Assembly: GCA_903955385.1 (NCBI GenBank)
Contig: CAJBNH010000072.1
Location: 40,063-104,062, forward strand
Source: an uncultured Myxococcales bacterium
Lineage (GTDB): Bacteria; Myxococcota_A; UBA9042
Length of the DNA stretch: 64,000 nt
Direction of reading: 5' to 3'
Program-made: the position numbers and the translations under genes
Notes under the pieces: generated by a model
What the model was told of the DNA's origin: nothing
The model's database searches: none
Seen by the model: the letters and a program-made list of their open reading frames with translations, nothing else
Shown here: positions 10,079 to 20,840 of the stretch, piece after piece
Numbering within the stretch: the stretch's first letter is position 1
Layout: each line of letters opens with the position of its first letter

Positions 10079-10783
10079 GTGGCTCGGCTTCTCATCATCG
10101 ACGACGACGTCCGGTTGGGCGCCCTGCTCGAAAGACTGCTCAAGCCCGAAGGATTCCACGTCACGCTGGTGACGGATGGTCTGCAGGGCGTGCGCCGGGC
10201 GACGGCTGAGGTCTTTGACCTGCTGGTGCTCGACGTCATGTTGCCTGGGATCGACGGCTTCGAGGTTCTGCGCCGCGTGCGCGCCCACTCCCGGGTGCCC
10301 GTGGTGATGCTGACCGCGAAGGGGACGGACAACGACCGCATCGTCGGCTTGGAGCTCGGGGCGGACGATTACCTGCCCAAGCCGTTCAATCCGCGAGAGT
10401 TGGTGGCCCGCATCAAGGCGGTCCTGCGGCGGGCGGAGGGCGGCACGACCGCCGTTCCCTCGGCCGAAGTCTTCCGCGAGGGCGATCTCGAAATGGACTG
10501 CGCGCGGCGGGAAGTGACCATCCGCGGCGAGTCCGTCTCACTGACCACCACCGAATTCGACTTGCTGCGCTGCTTCCTGCGCTATCCCGGTCAGGTGTTG
10601 TCCCGCGACGCGCTGATGGACATGTTGCGCGGCGTCGGCTATGCCGCTTACGACCGCTCGATCGACGTGCACGTGAAGAACCTGCGCGCCAAGATCGAGG
10701 AAGACGCCAGAACGCCCCGATACGTCAAGACGATCTGGGGCACCGGCTACATGCTCTCGACCGAGACTCGGCGCCGCGACTAG
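10079..10783 (+). CDS. OmpR/PhoB-family response regulator
   Basis: GTG start with GGAG RBS. Receiver LLIIDDD, LDVMLP..DG, MLTA, GADDYLPKPF; winged-helix R..SIDVHV.NLR.KIE and TIWGTGY. Confidence 0.92.
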   Translation: MARLLIIDDDVRLGALLERLLKPEGFHVTLVTDGLQGVRRATAEVFDLLVLDVMLPGIDGFEVLRRVRAHSRVPVVMLTAKGTDNDRIVGLELGADDYLPKPFNPRELVARIKAVLRRAEGGTTAVPSAEVFREGDLEMDCARREVTIRGESVSLTTTEFDLLRCFLRYPGQVLSRDALMDMLRGVGYAAYDRSIDVHVKNLRAKIEEDARTPRYVKTIWGTGYMLSTETRRRD

Positions 10784-10809
10784 AGCTCGGACGGGCGGGA
10801 AGAACGACC

Positions 10810-12066
10810 TTGGCCTCGCACGACCTTTCGCCCACCGCTACGCCCGCGCCATCGCCTCCCGCAGAGATGCCGGAACGACCGGCCGTCCCTCGGGGCCGTT
10901 CGCCTGCGGTTCGCATCGAAATTACGCTGCGGGAACGAACCTTGATGGCGCTGGCGCTGGGGTCGCTGGTCGCGCTTGCGGTCGCGGGTCTGATGGTCGT
11001 GCACTGGACTGCGCTGGCCTCTGCGCGGCTGTGGATCGTCGTCGGTCTGCTGGCGGTCGCGGGGTTTCTGGTCGGCGTCATGCTGTCGGTTGCCTTGGGT
11101 GCGTCCCATGCCGTGGGCGCGCGCGTGCGACAGCTTCGTGAGATTGCTGGAGATCTCGGGTCCGGCGACCTGTCTGTCCGCGCGCCGATCGAGCCCTTTG
11201 ACGATCTGGGGTCGCTTGGCCTTGCGCTCAACGCGATGGCCGACCGGGTGGCGCGCGTGCTGCAGGCGCAAAAGGACCTGCTTTCCGGCGTTTCGCACGA
11301 GCTCCGGTCGCCTCTGGCCCGGATTGCCGTCGCCTTGGAGCTGATTCGCCAGGAGTTCGAGGCGGCCCGTGCCGCGGCTCCCGGAGGCGAGAATCGTCGT
11401 CGCGAAGCCGGTCCCCAGCTGCTGACGGACATTCTGGAGGAGGTGGCCCTGCTGGAGCGCCACATCCAGCGACTGCTCGAAGCCCAGCGCGTTGGCGTGG
11501 ACCGCGTGCTGGTTCAGCGGGCCAACATCGTGCTGGACGAACTGGCGGCGACGGTATTGCGGCGCGAGCAGAACCGTTTGGATGAACAGGGTTTTGTGGT
11601 CGAGGCGCAGTTCGGCGCCCCCGGACAGGTGCTCTCGGGAGACGCGAATGCCCTGGACCGCGTGCTGTCGACTCTGATCCAGAACGTGATCGAGCACACC
11701 GCCGACTCGTCGGCACCATCCGGCACCCAGGCGGCCAAGTCGCTGCGGGTCGAGACGGAGCGAGTGGGAGCCGAGCTGGTCGTGCGCGTCCTCGACCGCG
11801 GCCCGGGACTGACGCCGGAACAGTGCTCGCGAGTCTTCGAGGCCTTCTACCGCACCGATGCCTCGCGCACCCGCAACACAGGCGGCACCGGCCTTGGACT
11901 GTATGTGGTCAAGAAGCTGACGGAGGCGCACGGGGGCTCGGCTCGGGCCATACCGCGTCCGGGCGGCGGTTTGATGATCGAGCTGCGCCTGCCCCTGCCG
12001 GGGGTGAAGATGGCGAAAGAGACCGTGCGGATGAAGTTGCCGCGCGGGGGCTTGGGGGACGTGTGA
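10810..12066 (+). CDS. HAMP-domain sensor histidine kinase with two closely spaced TM helices
   Basis: Two TMs, HAMP (D+LG.L...LN.MA), H-box VSHELRSPL, N-box LIQNVIEH, G1 DRGPG, F-box FEAFYR, G2 GGTGLGL. Confidence 0.92.
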   Translation: MASHDLSPTATPAPSPPAEMPERPAVPRGRSPAVRIEITLRERTLMALALGSLVALAVAGLMVVHWTALASARLWIVVGLLAVAGFLVGVMLSVALGASHAVGARVRQLREIAGDLGSGDLSVRAPIEPFDDLGSLGLALNAMADRVARVLQAQKDLLSGVSHELRSPLARIAVALELIRQEFEAARAAAPGGENRRREAGPQLLTDILEEVALLERHIQRLLEAQRVGVDRVLVQRANIVLDELAATVLRREQNRLDEQGFVVEAQFGAPGQVLSGDANALDRVLSTLIQNVIEHTADSSAPSGTQAAKSLRVETERVGAELVVRVLDRGPGLTPEQCSRVFEAFYRTDASRTRNTGGTGLGLYVVKKLTEAHGGSARAIPRPGGGLMIELRLPLPGVKMAKETVRMKLPRGGLGDV

Positions 12067-12962
12067 CGAACCGCGTGCTGCACGGTTGGTCGGTGGACGT
12101 CGAGGACTGGTTCCACATCCTGGACTGCCCCGGCGCGCCGTCTGCCGCCGATTGGGAGCATCTGCCCGCCCGCGTCGCGTTGGGTACGGAGCGGATGCTG
12201 TCGCTGTTGCAGGCGCACGGGCTGCACGGCACGTTCTTCGTGTTGGGGTGGGTCGCCGAGCGACATCCCGAGTTGATCGCCCGCATTGCAGCCGCCGGTC
12301 ACGAGATCGGCTCGCACGGTCACACCCACCAACTCGTGTCGCAGCAGGGACCGGACGCGTTCGCGCGCGACCTGGATGCCTCGCTGCAAGCGCTGACCCG
12401 CGCGACTGGTCGGGACGTGCACGCGTTTCGCGCCCCCGGGTTCTCGATCACGCCCAACCAGCACTGGGCGTTTCCGATTCTGGCGTCGCGCGGCATCACG
12501 TTGGACGCGTCGCTGTTTCTGACGGCCCGAGCCCACGGGGGCTATCCCTTGGATCGACAAGGACCTTTCGAGCTGCAGCTGGGCGATGGCCGGCGCATCG
12601 TCGAGGTGCCCACCGTGCCGCGGCGGCTGCTGGGGCGCGAGCTTGCGTTCTCTGGGGGCGGCTACCTGCGCCTGTTGCCGGATCGACTGCTGGAACAGAG
12701 CTTTGCCGACGCCGAGCGACGCGGCTGCCCGGCGGTCGCCTACCTGCATCCCCGGGAGCTGGACCCGGGCCAGCCGCGGATGAACCTGCCGCTTGCGCGT
12801 CGCTTCAAGTACTACGTGGGACTGTCGAGCGTTGAACGAAAGATCCGGATGCTGTTCACGACCTTCCGCTTCGGTACGCTGTCGCAGGTCGCCGCTGACC
12901 GACCGCTGGGACAGCCGCTGGACGTGTCGGAGCTGGGGCGCGGGCGCGAGGCCGGACGATGA
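12063..12962 (+). CDS. Polysaccharide deacetylase (NodB/CE4, DUF3473/XrtA-associated type)
   Basis: SVDVEDWF, GTFFVLGWVAE.HP, GHEIGSHG, FRAPGFS, GGGY.RL.P, YLHP.E.DP.QP. GTG start overlaps the kinase stop. Confidence 0.88.
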   Translation: MTNRVLHGWSVDVEDWFHILDCPGAPSAADWEHLPARVALGTERMLSLLQAHGLHGTFFVLGWVAERHPELIARIAAAGHEIGSHGHTHQLVSQQGPDAFARDLDASLQALTRATGRDVHAFRAPGFSITPNQHWAFPILASRGITLDASLFLTARAHGGYPLDRQGPFELQLGDGRRIVEVPTVPRRLLGRELAFSGGGYLRLLPDRLLEQSFADAERRGCPAVAYLHPRELDPGQPRMNLPLARRFKYYVGLSSVERKIRMLFTTFRFGTLSQVAADRPLGQPLDVSELGRGREAGR

Positions 12963-14272
12963 TGCGCGCGGCCCTGACGTGGGCCGTGAGCACGACCTTC
13001 CTCTGGGTCGCCCCGGCGGCGCACGCCACGTCGATGGAACTCTACGGCTTTGGTCCAAGGGCCTCGGCGCTTGCGGGCACGGCAGAGGCGGTCGCGGACG
13101 ACTTCTATGCCCTGTACGCCAACCCCGCCAACCTCGCCTACGCCAAGCACATTCACTTCGGCTACGGCACCGACGCGGTGTGGAATCGCATGTCCGTCGA
13201 CCGCAACGACCCGACCGGCGACTACCCGACCCGCTTGCCGCGCCACAACTGGCTGGGGCACGTGGGGGTGTCGACTCCCCTGGGCGGCTGGGCCAAGGAC
13301 AAGGCCGCGTTTGGTCTGGCCTTTCACATGCCGCTTTCCGGCGTGACGCGTCTGGATGCGCTGGACCATCGCACGCCGCAGCTGGTCTTGTACGACACCT
13401 TGGGCGACCGGTTGACGTTGCTGGCGGGGGCGGCGGTTCGGCCTTGGCCGTGGCTGTCGTTTGGCGCGGCGGTGCAGCTGCTGACCACGTTGGAGGGGCA
13501 GGCAAGGGTCGATCTGGCCGTGCTGGACCATCGCGTGACGCGCAAGGAGCTGCAGGTCGAGCTGTTGACTCGGCCGTACCCGATCCTGGGCGTCACCGTG
13601 CAGCCGCGCGAGGACATCCGGGTGGCCGTCGTCTGGCGCGCAGCGTCGGAAGTCCGCTATCGACAACCCCTTGCGGTGCGGGTCGAAGACGTGGGCGAGC
13701 TGGCGTTCGTGCTGGAGGGCGTCGGGCTCTGGCTGCCGGACACGCTGGCCGTCGCGGGGTCGTGGCAGCGTGGGCCCTGGCTGGTGACGGCAGGTGCGGT
13801 CTGGGCGCGCTGGTCGCAGTTGCCGCCGCTGGCGCCCGCAGTCGTGCTGCGTCTGGACGACAGTGAGTTGGTGTCGCAGCAAAACACGGCAGACCTGCTG
13901 ATCGACATGCAGAACACGCCGGTGCCGATCGGTGCCCGTGACATCCTGCAGCCCCGTGCAGGCATCGAATGGCAACGGGGCGGCATGGTGTGGCGTGCAG
14001 GCGTGCAGTACCGACCCACCCCGCTGCCCAAGGCCGACGGTGCGGCCAGTTACCTGGACGCTCCCGCCACGACGGTGGCACTTGGTGCGGGAGTGCAGCT
14101 GGCCGACCCGCTCGAGCTGGCCCGTCGGCCCCTGCAAATCGACGCCGCGCTGGGCTGGACGGTTCTGTCGCGCCGGACGGTGCAGAAGCTGGACTCCACC
14201 GACCCGGTCGGCGACACGTCGGTCTATGGCGACAACCTGCACCTGTCGGTCGCCCTGCACCACGACTTCTGA
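12959..14272 (+). CDS. OmpP1/FadL/TodX-family outer-membrane transporter
   Basis: Signal peptide AHA, then YGFGPRASALAG...AVADD..ALYANPA.LA (FadL hatch motif); C-terminal barrel ending in F. Confidence 0.8.
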   Translation: MMRAALTWAVSTTFLWVAPAAHATSMELYGFGPRASALAGTAEAVADDFYALYANPANLAYAKHIHFGYGTDAVWNRMSVDRNDPTGDYPTRLPRHNWLGHVGVSTPLGGWAKDKAAFGLAFHMPLSGVTRLDALDHRTPQLVLYDTLGDRLTLLAGAAVRPWPWLSFGAAVQLLTTLEGQARVDLAVLDHRVTRKELQVELLTRPYPILGVTVQPREDIRVAVVWRAASEVRYRQPLAVRVEDVGELAFVLEGVGLWLPDTLAVAGSWQRGPWLVTAGAVWARWSQLPPLAPAVVLRLDDSELVSQQNTADLLIDMQNTPVPIGARDILQPRAGIEWQRGGMVWRAGVQYRPTPLPKADGAASYLDAPATTVALGAGVQLADPLELARRPLQIDAALGWTVLSRRTVQKLDSTDPVGDTSVYGDNLHLSVALHHDF

Positions 14273-14287
14273 CCTCGGCGAGGCCCC

Positions 14288-15442
14288 TTGCGCGAAAAGA
14301 CCAACGCCCACGATACCTTGCCAGACTCGACCGTCGATCTGGTGCTGGACCCCGCCGCGCGGCAGGCGCTGCTCGACTGGTATGGCCGCGAACATCGCCG
14401 ACTGCCTTGGCGCGCGGAGCCGGGAGGACTCGCGCCCGCGCCTTACGCCGTACTGGTGTCCGAGTTGATGTTGCAGCAGACCCGCGTCGACACCGTGATC
14501 GAGCCCTACCGACGCTGGATGGCGCGCTGGCCGACGCTACACGATCTGGCCCGCGCCGACCTGCAGGACGTCTTGGCGCAGTGGACGGGGCTGGGCTACT
14601 ACCGCCGTGCCCGGCATCTGCACGCCGCGGCAGTCGCCGCGCTTGAACGGCATGGGGAATTGCCAAACGATCCTGACCTGCTGCGCCGCCTTCCCGGTCT
14701 CGGTCCTTACACCGTCGGCGCCGTGCGATCGATCGCGTTTGGCGAGCCCGAGGCCCTGGTGGACGGCAACGTGGTGCGGGTGCTGGCCCGCTGGCACGCC
14801 TGGACCGACGCTGAGCCGCCGACCTTGTCCAGAACATGGAAGATCGCGCGGAGACTGGTTTCTCGGCCGCCCGCGAGTCTCGACCCGTCGTCGTGGAATC
14901 AGGCGTTGATGGAGCTTGGGGCGACCGTTTGCACCCCGCGGCGTCCTGCCTGCCTGCGGTGTCCTGTGCGTGAGCCGTGCCGGGCGCGGCAGCTTGGCTT
15001 GGCGGAAGCGATTCCTCCGACGAGGGTGCGCGCTGCGGTTCAGGAGGTTCAGGCGGTGCACGCTTTGGTCTGGCGAGCGGGACCGCATGGGCGCCAGGTG
15101 CTGCTGGGGCGGCGGCCGGCGACAGGACGCTGGGCGGGGCTGTGGGAGCCGCCGGGTGCCGAGGGGCCGGACGCGCGCGCCACCGTCGCGGCTTGGCTGG
15201 CACAGAACAATCTGCGTGAGTCCGGGCAGATCGACGCGTTCGTGCATGTGCTGACCCACCGCCGCTATCAGGTCTCCGGGGTCGTGGTAGCGGCGCAGGC
15301 GACAGCGCCGGACCCGGTGGCTTTGGGCTACGTGGAGGCGCGGTGGCTGCCGCTTGCCGAAGTCGCATCCCCCACCTCCGGGATGTCGCGACTTGCGGTG
15401 CGGCTGTGTGAAGGGTGGAGTCCGCAGGACCTCGCGAGGTGA
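14288..15442 (+). CDS. mutY: A/G-specific adenine glycosylase
   Basis: R.LPWR, VSELMLQQTRV, W.GLGYYRRA, HhH LPGLGPYT, VDGNV.RV, 4Fe-4S motif CTPRRPAC..CP....C, and a NUDIX-like C-terminus. Confidence 0.93.
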   Translation: MREKTNAHDTLPDSTVDLVLDPAARQALLDWYGREHRRLPWRAEPGGLAPAPYAVLVSELMLQQTRVDTVIEPYRRWMARWPTLHDLARADLQDVLAQWTGLGYYRRARHLHAAAVAALERHGELPNDPDLLRRLPGLGPYTVGAVRSIAFGEPEALVDGNVVRVLARWHAWTDAEPPTLSRTWKIARRLVSRPPASLDPSSWNQALMELGATVCTPRRPACLRCPVREPCRARQLGLAEAIPPTRVRAAVQEVQAVHALVWRAGPHGRQVLLGRRPATGRWAGLWEPPGAEGPDARATVAAWLAQNNLRESGQIDAFVHVLTHRRYQVSGVVVAAQATAPDPVALGYVEARWLPLAEVASPTSGMSRLAVRLCEGWSPQDLAR

Positions 15443-15559
15443 CGGCGGCGAGCGGGCGATACTGGCGCGCGTCGTTGCGCCGTGCGACAAGGGGCGCTGA
15501 GGCATAGGCAGGTCAGCAGAACGTCCCGGGGCCGCTCATGGCCGGGTTGTGGAGCACCG

Positions 15560-16933
15560 ATGGGCATCACGTTCGTCGAGAAGGGAGACCGCAGCCGCGT
15601 GCGTCCGCACGCCAAGATCGCGTTGGTGTTGGCCGGCGGCGCGGTGCCGGGCGGTGCGTTCCGCATCGGCGGCCTGATCGCGCTAAACACGCTGCTGACC
15701 AACCGTTCCGTCACCGATTTCGACATCTACGTGGGCATTTCGGCGGGCGCATTCATGGCCGCGCCCATCGCCGCGGGCATCGGACCCGAGGAAATGCTGC
15801 GCGCCATCGACGGCAGCAGCGAGCGACTGACCCGGCTGCGGCCGATCGACTTCTATGGTCCCAACTGGCGAGAAGCCTTCAGTAAGCCAGCCCACTTGGC
15901 CCAGGACGCCTTGTCGTTGCTGCCGACAGCGGGCCTTGCGCTGGTGCGGCAGCTCGGGTCCCGTTTCCGGCCCGAATTGATCAACCGCGTGCGCGACTTC
16001 GTGGCCGCGCCGGGTTACGACAGCGCTGAGGCCCTGCTGCGGCCGATCGCCATCGACATCGCCCGCTCCAGCCGCCTGCGTCCCGGCCTGTCGTACCTGC
16101 CGTCGGGCCTGTTCGAGAACTCAGGCATCGAGCGATTCGTGCGCGAGAACCTGCGCAGCAACCAGGCCCCCAACGACTTCCGCCTGTTGCAGATCGAGCG
16201 CGGCAAGGCCCTGTACATCGGTGCGACCAACCTCAACACCTCCGAAGGCGTGGTGTTCGGGCACGACGAGGACAACACCGTCACGATCTCAGAGGCCGTG
16301 CAGGCTTCGACCGCGATCCCCGGCTTCTATCGTCCCGCGCGCATCCGGGGGCAGGATTACGTCGACGCAGGTGTGCGACACACCGCCAACGTCACGCAGG
16401 CGGTCAAGGTCGGTGCCAGTCTGGTCGTCGTGTACAACCCCTTCCGTCCCTTCGTGAATTACTCGACGGACCAACTGCTGAACAACAAGACCTCGATCTC
16501 GGACATGGGCATCGGCGCCGTCATCAACCAAGCCTTCCGCACCATGCTGCACACGCGCTTGGTGTTGGGCATGGAAAAGCTGGCGGCGAATCCGGACTTC
16601 CATGGCGACGTGGTGCTGCTGGAGCCCAGCGAGTCCGATTTGCACTTTTTCAACTCGAATCCGCTGGATTTCTGGCAGCGCGCTCCGTCGGCCCTGCACG
16701 GCTACATCAGCGCCACAGAGGCGATCGAGCACCACCACGACCGGCTGGACGGGATCCTGCGCAGCTATGGCCTTCGCACCGACCTTGACCGCGTGCGTGA
16801 GCGGGTCGAGCAGATCCGACGGGCCAACTACGACGACCGCACCATCATGAAGGTGCTGCAGCGCGACCAGCATCCTCTGCGCGACACCGCGACCGCTCGC
16901 GACTCAACGGTGCCGCTGCGCGTGGTGCGGTAG
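15560..16933 (+). CDS. Patatin-like phospholipase
   Basis: Gly-rich LAGGAVPGG, nucleophile elbow GISAG, AS.AIPG.Y.P, DAG motif. Confidence 0.85.
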   Translation: MGITFVEKGDRSRVRPHAKIALVLAGGAVPGGAFRIGGLIALNTLLTNRSVTDFDIYVGISAGAFMAAPIAAGIGPEEMLRAIDGSSERLTRLRPIDFYGPNWREAFSKPAHLAQDALSLLPTAGLALVRQLGSRFRPELINRVRDFVAAPGYDSAEALLRPIAIDIARSSRLRPGLSYLPSGLFENSGIERFVRENLRSNQAPNDFRLLQIERGKALYIGATNLNTSEGVVFGHDEDNTVTISEAVQASTAIPGFYRPARIRGQDYVDAGVRHTANVTQAVKVGASLVVVYNPFRPFVNYSTDQLLNNKTSISDMGIGAVINQAFRTMLHTRLVLGMEKLAANPDFHGDVVLLEPSESDLHFFNSNPLDFWQRAPSALHGYISATEAIEHHHDRLDGILRSYGLRTDLDRVRERVEQIRRANYDDRTIMKVLQRDQHPLRDTATARDSTVPLRVVR

Positions 16934-17008
16934 GCGAGTGGCTTGGAACCGGCGGCGCGGCCCTGTTAGGATCGCCCCGACCACGACGACGACAAGGGGT
17001 AGACTACG

Positions 17009-18367
17009 ATGACTTCCAGGCTGTTTGGCACCGATGGTGTGCGCGGTGAGGCCAACTCGGGCGTGATGACGGTCGAGAACGCTTTGCAGATCGGCCGTGC
17101 GGTAGGTCTGCTGTGCAAAGGCCGGCACGAGCGCACCCGCGTCATCATCGGCAAGGACACCCGCCGCAGCGGCTACTTGTTCGAGACGGCGCTGGAGGCG
17201 GGCGTGTGCTCTGTGGGCGCAGAGCCCTATCTGGTTGGCCCGCTGCCGACGCCCGGGATCGCCTTCATGACGCTGGGGATGCGCGCCGACGCCGGCATCG
17301 TGATCTCCGCGTCGCACAACCCGTTTTACGACAACGGCATCAAGATCTTCGGCGCCGACGGCTTCAAGCTGCCCGACGAGATGGAGGAGCGTATCGAGGC
17401 GATGGTCGCCCATCCCAAGCCGCTGCACGACGGCCTGGCGCACGGGGCTGCTATCGGTCGCGCCTATCGCATCGAGGAGGCTTGGGGTCGCTACGTCGTC
17501 AGCCTGAAGCACACCTTCCCCAACGACCTGACGCTTGACGGTCTGAAGATCGCGGTCGACTGCGCCAATGGGGCTGCGTACAAGGTCGCGCCCGCCGTTT
17601 TCGAGGAACTGGGCGCCACCGTCGTGCGACTGTCGGTATCGCCGGACGGTTTGAACATCAACGAGGCGTGCGGTGCCTTGCATCCCCAGGCGCTGGCCCG
17701 CGCGGTGGTTGAGCACGGCTGCGATCTGGGTCTGGCGCTGGACGGCGACGCGGACCGTCTGATTCTGGTCGACGAGCACGGCAAGGTCGTGGACGGCGAC
17801 CGCATCATGGCCCTGTGCGCCCTGCGCATGGCGGCGGCAGGCACGCTGAACCACGGCACGCTGGTGGCCACGGTGATGAGCAACTACGGTCTGGAGCTGG
17901 CCATGCGGGCCGCGGGCTTGAACCTTGTACGCACCGATGTCGGGGACCGTCAGGTGGTCGAGTCGATGCGCAAGAACGGCTACACCCTGGGCGGCGAACA
18001 GAGCGGTCACTTGGTGTTCCTGAACCACGCGACCACGGGCGACGGTGTGCTCGCCGCCCTGCAGGTGCTGGCGATTGCCGTGCGCGAGGGCAAGCCGATC
18101 TCCCAGCTGGTTCAGGTGATGGAGACGCTGCCGCAGGTGCTGATCAATCTCGCCGTGCGCGACAAGCCGCCGCTGCAGTCGCTGCCTGCCGTGTCGGGGA
18201 CGATCACGGCCGCCGAACACGAGCTTCAGGGACAGGGCCGGGTACTGGTGCGGTACAGCGGCACCGAGCGCAAGTGTCGCGTGATGGTCGAGGGGGCCAA
18301 CCCTGTGCTGGTCGAGACCCACGCCCGCCGCATTGCCGACTCGGTCATCGCCGCCATCGGCGCCTAG
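17009..18367 (+). CDS. glmM: Phosphoglucosamine mutase
   Basis: [42 protein letters not shown]. Confidence 0.97.
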   Translation: MTSRLFGTDGVRGEANSGVMTVENALQIGRAVGLLCKGRHERTRVIIGKDTRRSGYLFETALEAGVCSVGAEPYLVGPLPTPGIAFMTLGMRADAGIVISASHNPFYDNGIKIFGADGFKLPDEMEERIEAMVAHPKPLHDGLAHGAAIGRAYRIEEAWGRYVVSLKHTFPNDLTLDGLKIAVDCANGAAYKVAPAVFEELGATVVRLSVSPDGLNINEACGALHPQALARAVVEHGCDLGLALDGDADRLILVDEHGKVVDGDRIMALCALRMAAAGTLNHGTLVATVMSNYGLELAMRAAGLNLVRTDVGDRQVVESMRKNGYTLGGEQSGHLVFLNHATTGDGVLAALQVLAIAVREGKPISQLVQVMETLPQVLINLAVRDKPPLQSLPAVSGTITAAEHELQGQGRVLVRYSGTERKCRVMVEGANPVLVETHARRIADSVIAAIGA

Positions 18368-18390
18368 CGCCATCCGCCCCCGGAGCCATC

Positions 18391-19146
18391 ATGTCCGTCA
18401 CCCTGACCGCCGACCGCACCGAACGCATTCGCTTGGGCGTCAACGTCGACCACATCGCCACCCTGCGTCAGGCACGTGGCACCCGCTACCCGGACCCCGT
18501 GTTCGCAGCCTCGCTGGCCGAGCTCGCCGGTGCTGACCAAATCACCATCCACCTGCGCGAAGACCGCCGCCATATTCAGGAACGCGACCTGCAGATCCTG
18601 CGCAAGACGCTGACGGTGCCGTTGAACCTCGAGATGGCCGCGACCCAGGACATGGTCTGCAAGGCGCTGGAGTACCTGCCCGACACTGTGACGCTGGTCC
18701 CCGAGAAGCGTGAAGAGCGGACGACGGAGGGCGGTCTGGACGTGGCCGGGCAGCTGGCGGTGATCACCAAGGTCGTCGGGCAGTTGCAGGCGGCCGGCAT
18801 CGTCGTTTCGCTGTTCATCGACCCGACTGAAGCTCAGGTGCGTGCGTCGGCCCAGACGGGGGCCCCGGCGATCGAGCTGCACACGGGGGATTACGCTGAG
18901 GCCAAGACGGCGGCCCTGCATTGCGAGCGCCTGCAGCACCTGCGCGATGCGGCGCTGCTGGCGCACCGCCTTGGTCTGCGGGTAGCGGCGGGTCACGGTT
19001 TGGACTACCAAAACGTCCAGTCCGTTGCGGCGCTGCCTCACGTCGAAGAGTTGAACATCGGCCACAGCATCGTCGCCCGCGCCGTTTTGGTCGGGTTCGA
19101 GCGGGCCGTTGCCGAGATGATCCTGGCCATGCACACCGCGCCCTGA
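18391..19146 (+). CDS. pdxJ: Pyridoxine 5'-phosphate synthase
   Basis: [54 protein letters not shown]. Confidence 0.97.
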   Translation: MSVTLTADRTERIRLGVNVDHIATLRQARGTRYPDPVFAASLAELAGADQITIHLREDRRHIQERDLQILRKTLTVPLNLEMAATQDMVCKALEYLPDTVTLVPEKREERTTEGGLDVAGQLAVITKVVGQLQAAGIVVSLFIDPTEAQVRASAQTGAPAIELHTGDYAEAKTAALHCERLQHLRDAALLAHRLGLRVAAGHGLDYQNVQSVAALPHVEELNIGHSIVARAVLVGFERAVAEMILAMHTAP

Positions 19147-19191
19147 GCCCTGCACGCTCCGGTCGAGGCTGTGCGCAACAGGGAGTCCTCC

Positions 19192-20799
19192 ATGCGGATC
19201 CTGACGCCGGAACAGGTGCGGGGGCTGGACGAGCGCACCATCGCGACGCTCGGCCTCGAGGGCGCGCTGCTGATGGAGACGGCGGGGCGTGCGATGGCCC
19301 GCGCCATTGTCGACCGTGTCGGGCGCGGCGACGGCCGCTGGGTCACCGTGCTCGCAGGCACCGGCAACAACGGCGGCGACGGCTTTGTGGTCGCGCGCGT
19401 TTTGGCCGCCCACGGCTTTCGCGTAGAAGTCTACGGCGTTGGCGACGCGGGCAGGATGACGCCTGAGACGCAGACGCACTTCAAGGCGATGCGGGCCTGC
19501 GGGCTGGACTGCCGGTTCTTCACCCAAGCACCTCGCCCACCCGAGCTGCAGGGCATTCGCCGGTCGCTTGGACGGTCCGCCGCGATCGTCGACGCGTTGG
19601 TCGGCATCGGCCCGACGGAAGACCTGCGCGATCCGCTCGCCACCTTTGCCGCACAACTGGACGGCCGTTACCGGGGCCTCGTGGTCGCCGCCGACGTGCC
19701 AAGCGGCCTGTGCGCTGTCGATGGCCGGATTCTGGGCGTGGCGGTCAAGGCCCATCTGGTCGTGACCATGGCAGCGCCCAAGGCCGGATTGTTCCTGGGA
19801 AAAGGCCCGGAGCTGTGGGAAGAGCTGGAGGTGGCCGACATCGGCGTGCCCCCCGCATGGATCGAGGCCGTGCACCCCTGTGGCGAGCGGCTCGACGTTG
19901 CGCGCGCGCGCGCGCTGTTGCCGGCACGACCTGACGACGGTCACAAGGGCAAGTTCGGCCACGTGTTTGTCGTTGCGGGTTCGCCGGGCAAGGGCGGTGC
20001 GGCGCTGCTGTGTGCCGGCGCGGCGATGCGGTCCGGGGTGGGCCTGTGCACGGTGGGCACCTCAGGCGAGATCCGCGCTCGGTTGGAGGGCGACTGGCCC
20101 GACGCCATGGTCGAGGCGATTCGCGGCGGAGCCAGCGAGATCAAGCGGATCGAGAAGTTGCTGCAGCGCAAGACCGCGATCGTCGCCGGGCCGGGACTGG
20201 GGACGGGGGCAGCCGAGCTCGACCTGGTCGGCCGACTGCTGGCCATGAGCACGGTTGCCGTGTTGCTGGATGCCGACGCGCTGACCGTGCTTGCCACCAA
20301 GCCCGAGCTCGCACAACCCGCGGCGGGACGTCTGGTGCTGACGCCGCACCCGGGCGAGATGGCTGTGCTGCTCGACTCCACCGTCGAGGCTGTCGAGGCG
20401 GACCGTCTGGCGGCGGCGCACACGGTAGCTCAAAGGTTTCAAGCCGTTGTGGTGCTCAAAGGCAGCCGAACGCTGGTGGTCGCGCCCGACGGTGACTGGG
20501 CGATCTGGCCCACGCCCAACGCCGCGCTGGCCAAGGGCGGTTCGGGCGACGTGCTGGCCGGGATCATCGGTGCGCTGCTGGCCCAAGGGCTGTCGTGCTT
20601 CCACGCGGCGCAGCTGGGCGTGTCCGTCCACGCGTTGGCGGGCGAGAGGCTGCGGGCCGAGTTCGGAGAGCGCGCCGGGCTACCGTCCGACTTGACCCAG
20701 CTGCTGCCGGCGGTGTGGCGGTCGCTCGAGGATTCCGCCACGGGTGGCGTCGAGAGCAGCCCGAACCGGTCGCTTGCTCCAAGGTCGGGCGAAAGATAG
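19192..20799 (+). CDS. nnr: Bifunctional NAD(P)H-hydrate epimerase/dehydratase
   Basis: LMETAG, GTGNNGGDG, D.PSG, HKG.FG, GPGLG, DADAL, TPHPGEM, LAKGGSGDVLAG. Confidence 0.94.
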   Translation: MRILTPEQVRGLDERTIATLGLEGALLMETAGRAMARAIVDRVGRGDGRWVTVLAGTGNNGGDGFVVARVLAAHGFRVEVYGVGDAGRMTPETQTHFKAMRACGLDCRFFTQAPRPPELQGIRRSLGRSAAIVDALVGIGPTEDLRDPLATFAAQLDGRYRGLVVAADVPSGLCAVDGRILGVAVKAHLVVTMAAPKAGLFLGKGPELWEELEVADIGVPPAWIEAVHPCGERLDVARARALLPARPDDGHKGKFGHVFVVAGSPGKGGAALLCAGAAMRSGVGLCTVGTSGEIRARLEGDWPDAMVEAIRGGASEIKRIEKLLQRKTAIVAGPGLGTGAAELDLVGRLLAMSTVAVLLDADALTVLATKPELAQPAAGRLVLTPHPGEMAVLLDSTVEAVEADRLAAAHTVAQRFQAVVVLKGSRTLVVAPDGDWAIWPTPNAALAKGGSGDVLAGIIGALLAQGLSCFHAAQLGVSVHALAGERLRAEFGERAGLPSDLTQLLPAVWRSLEDSATGGVESSPNRSLAPRSGER

Positions 20800-20840
20800 C
20801 CTTCCCGACCACAGCGCCTGTCTGGCGTATCGAGACTGCC

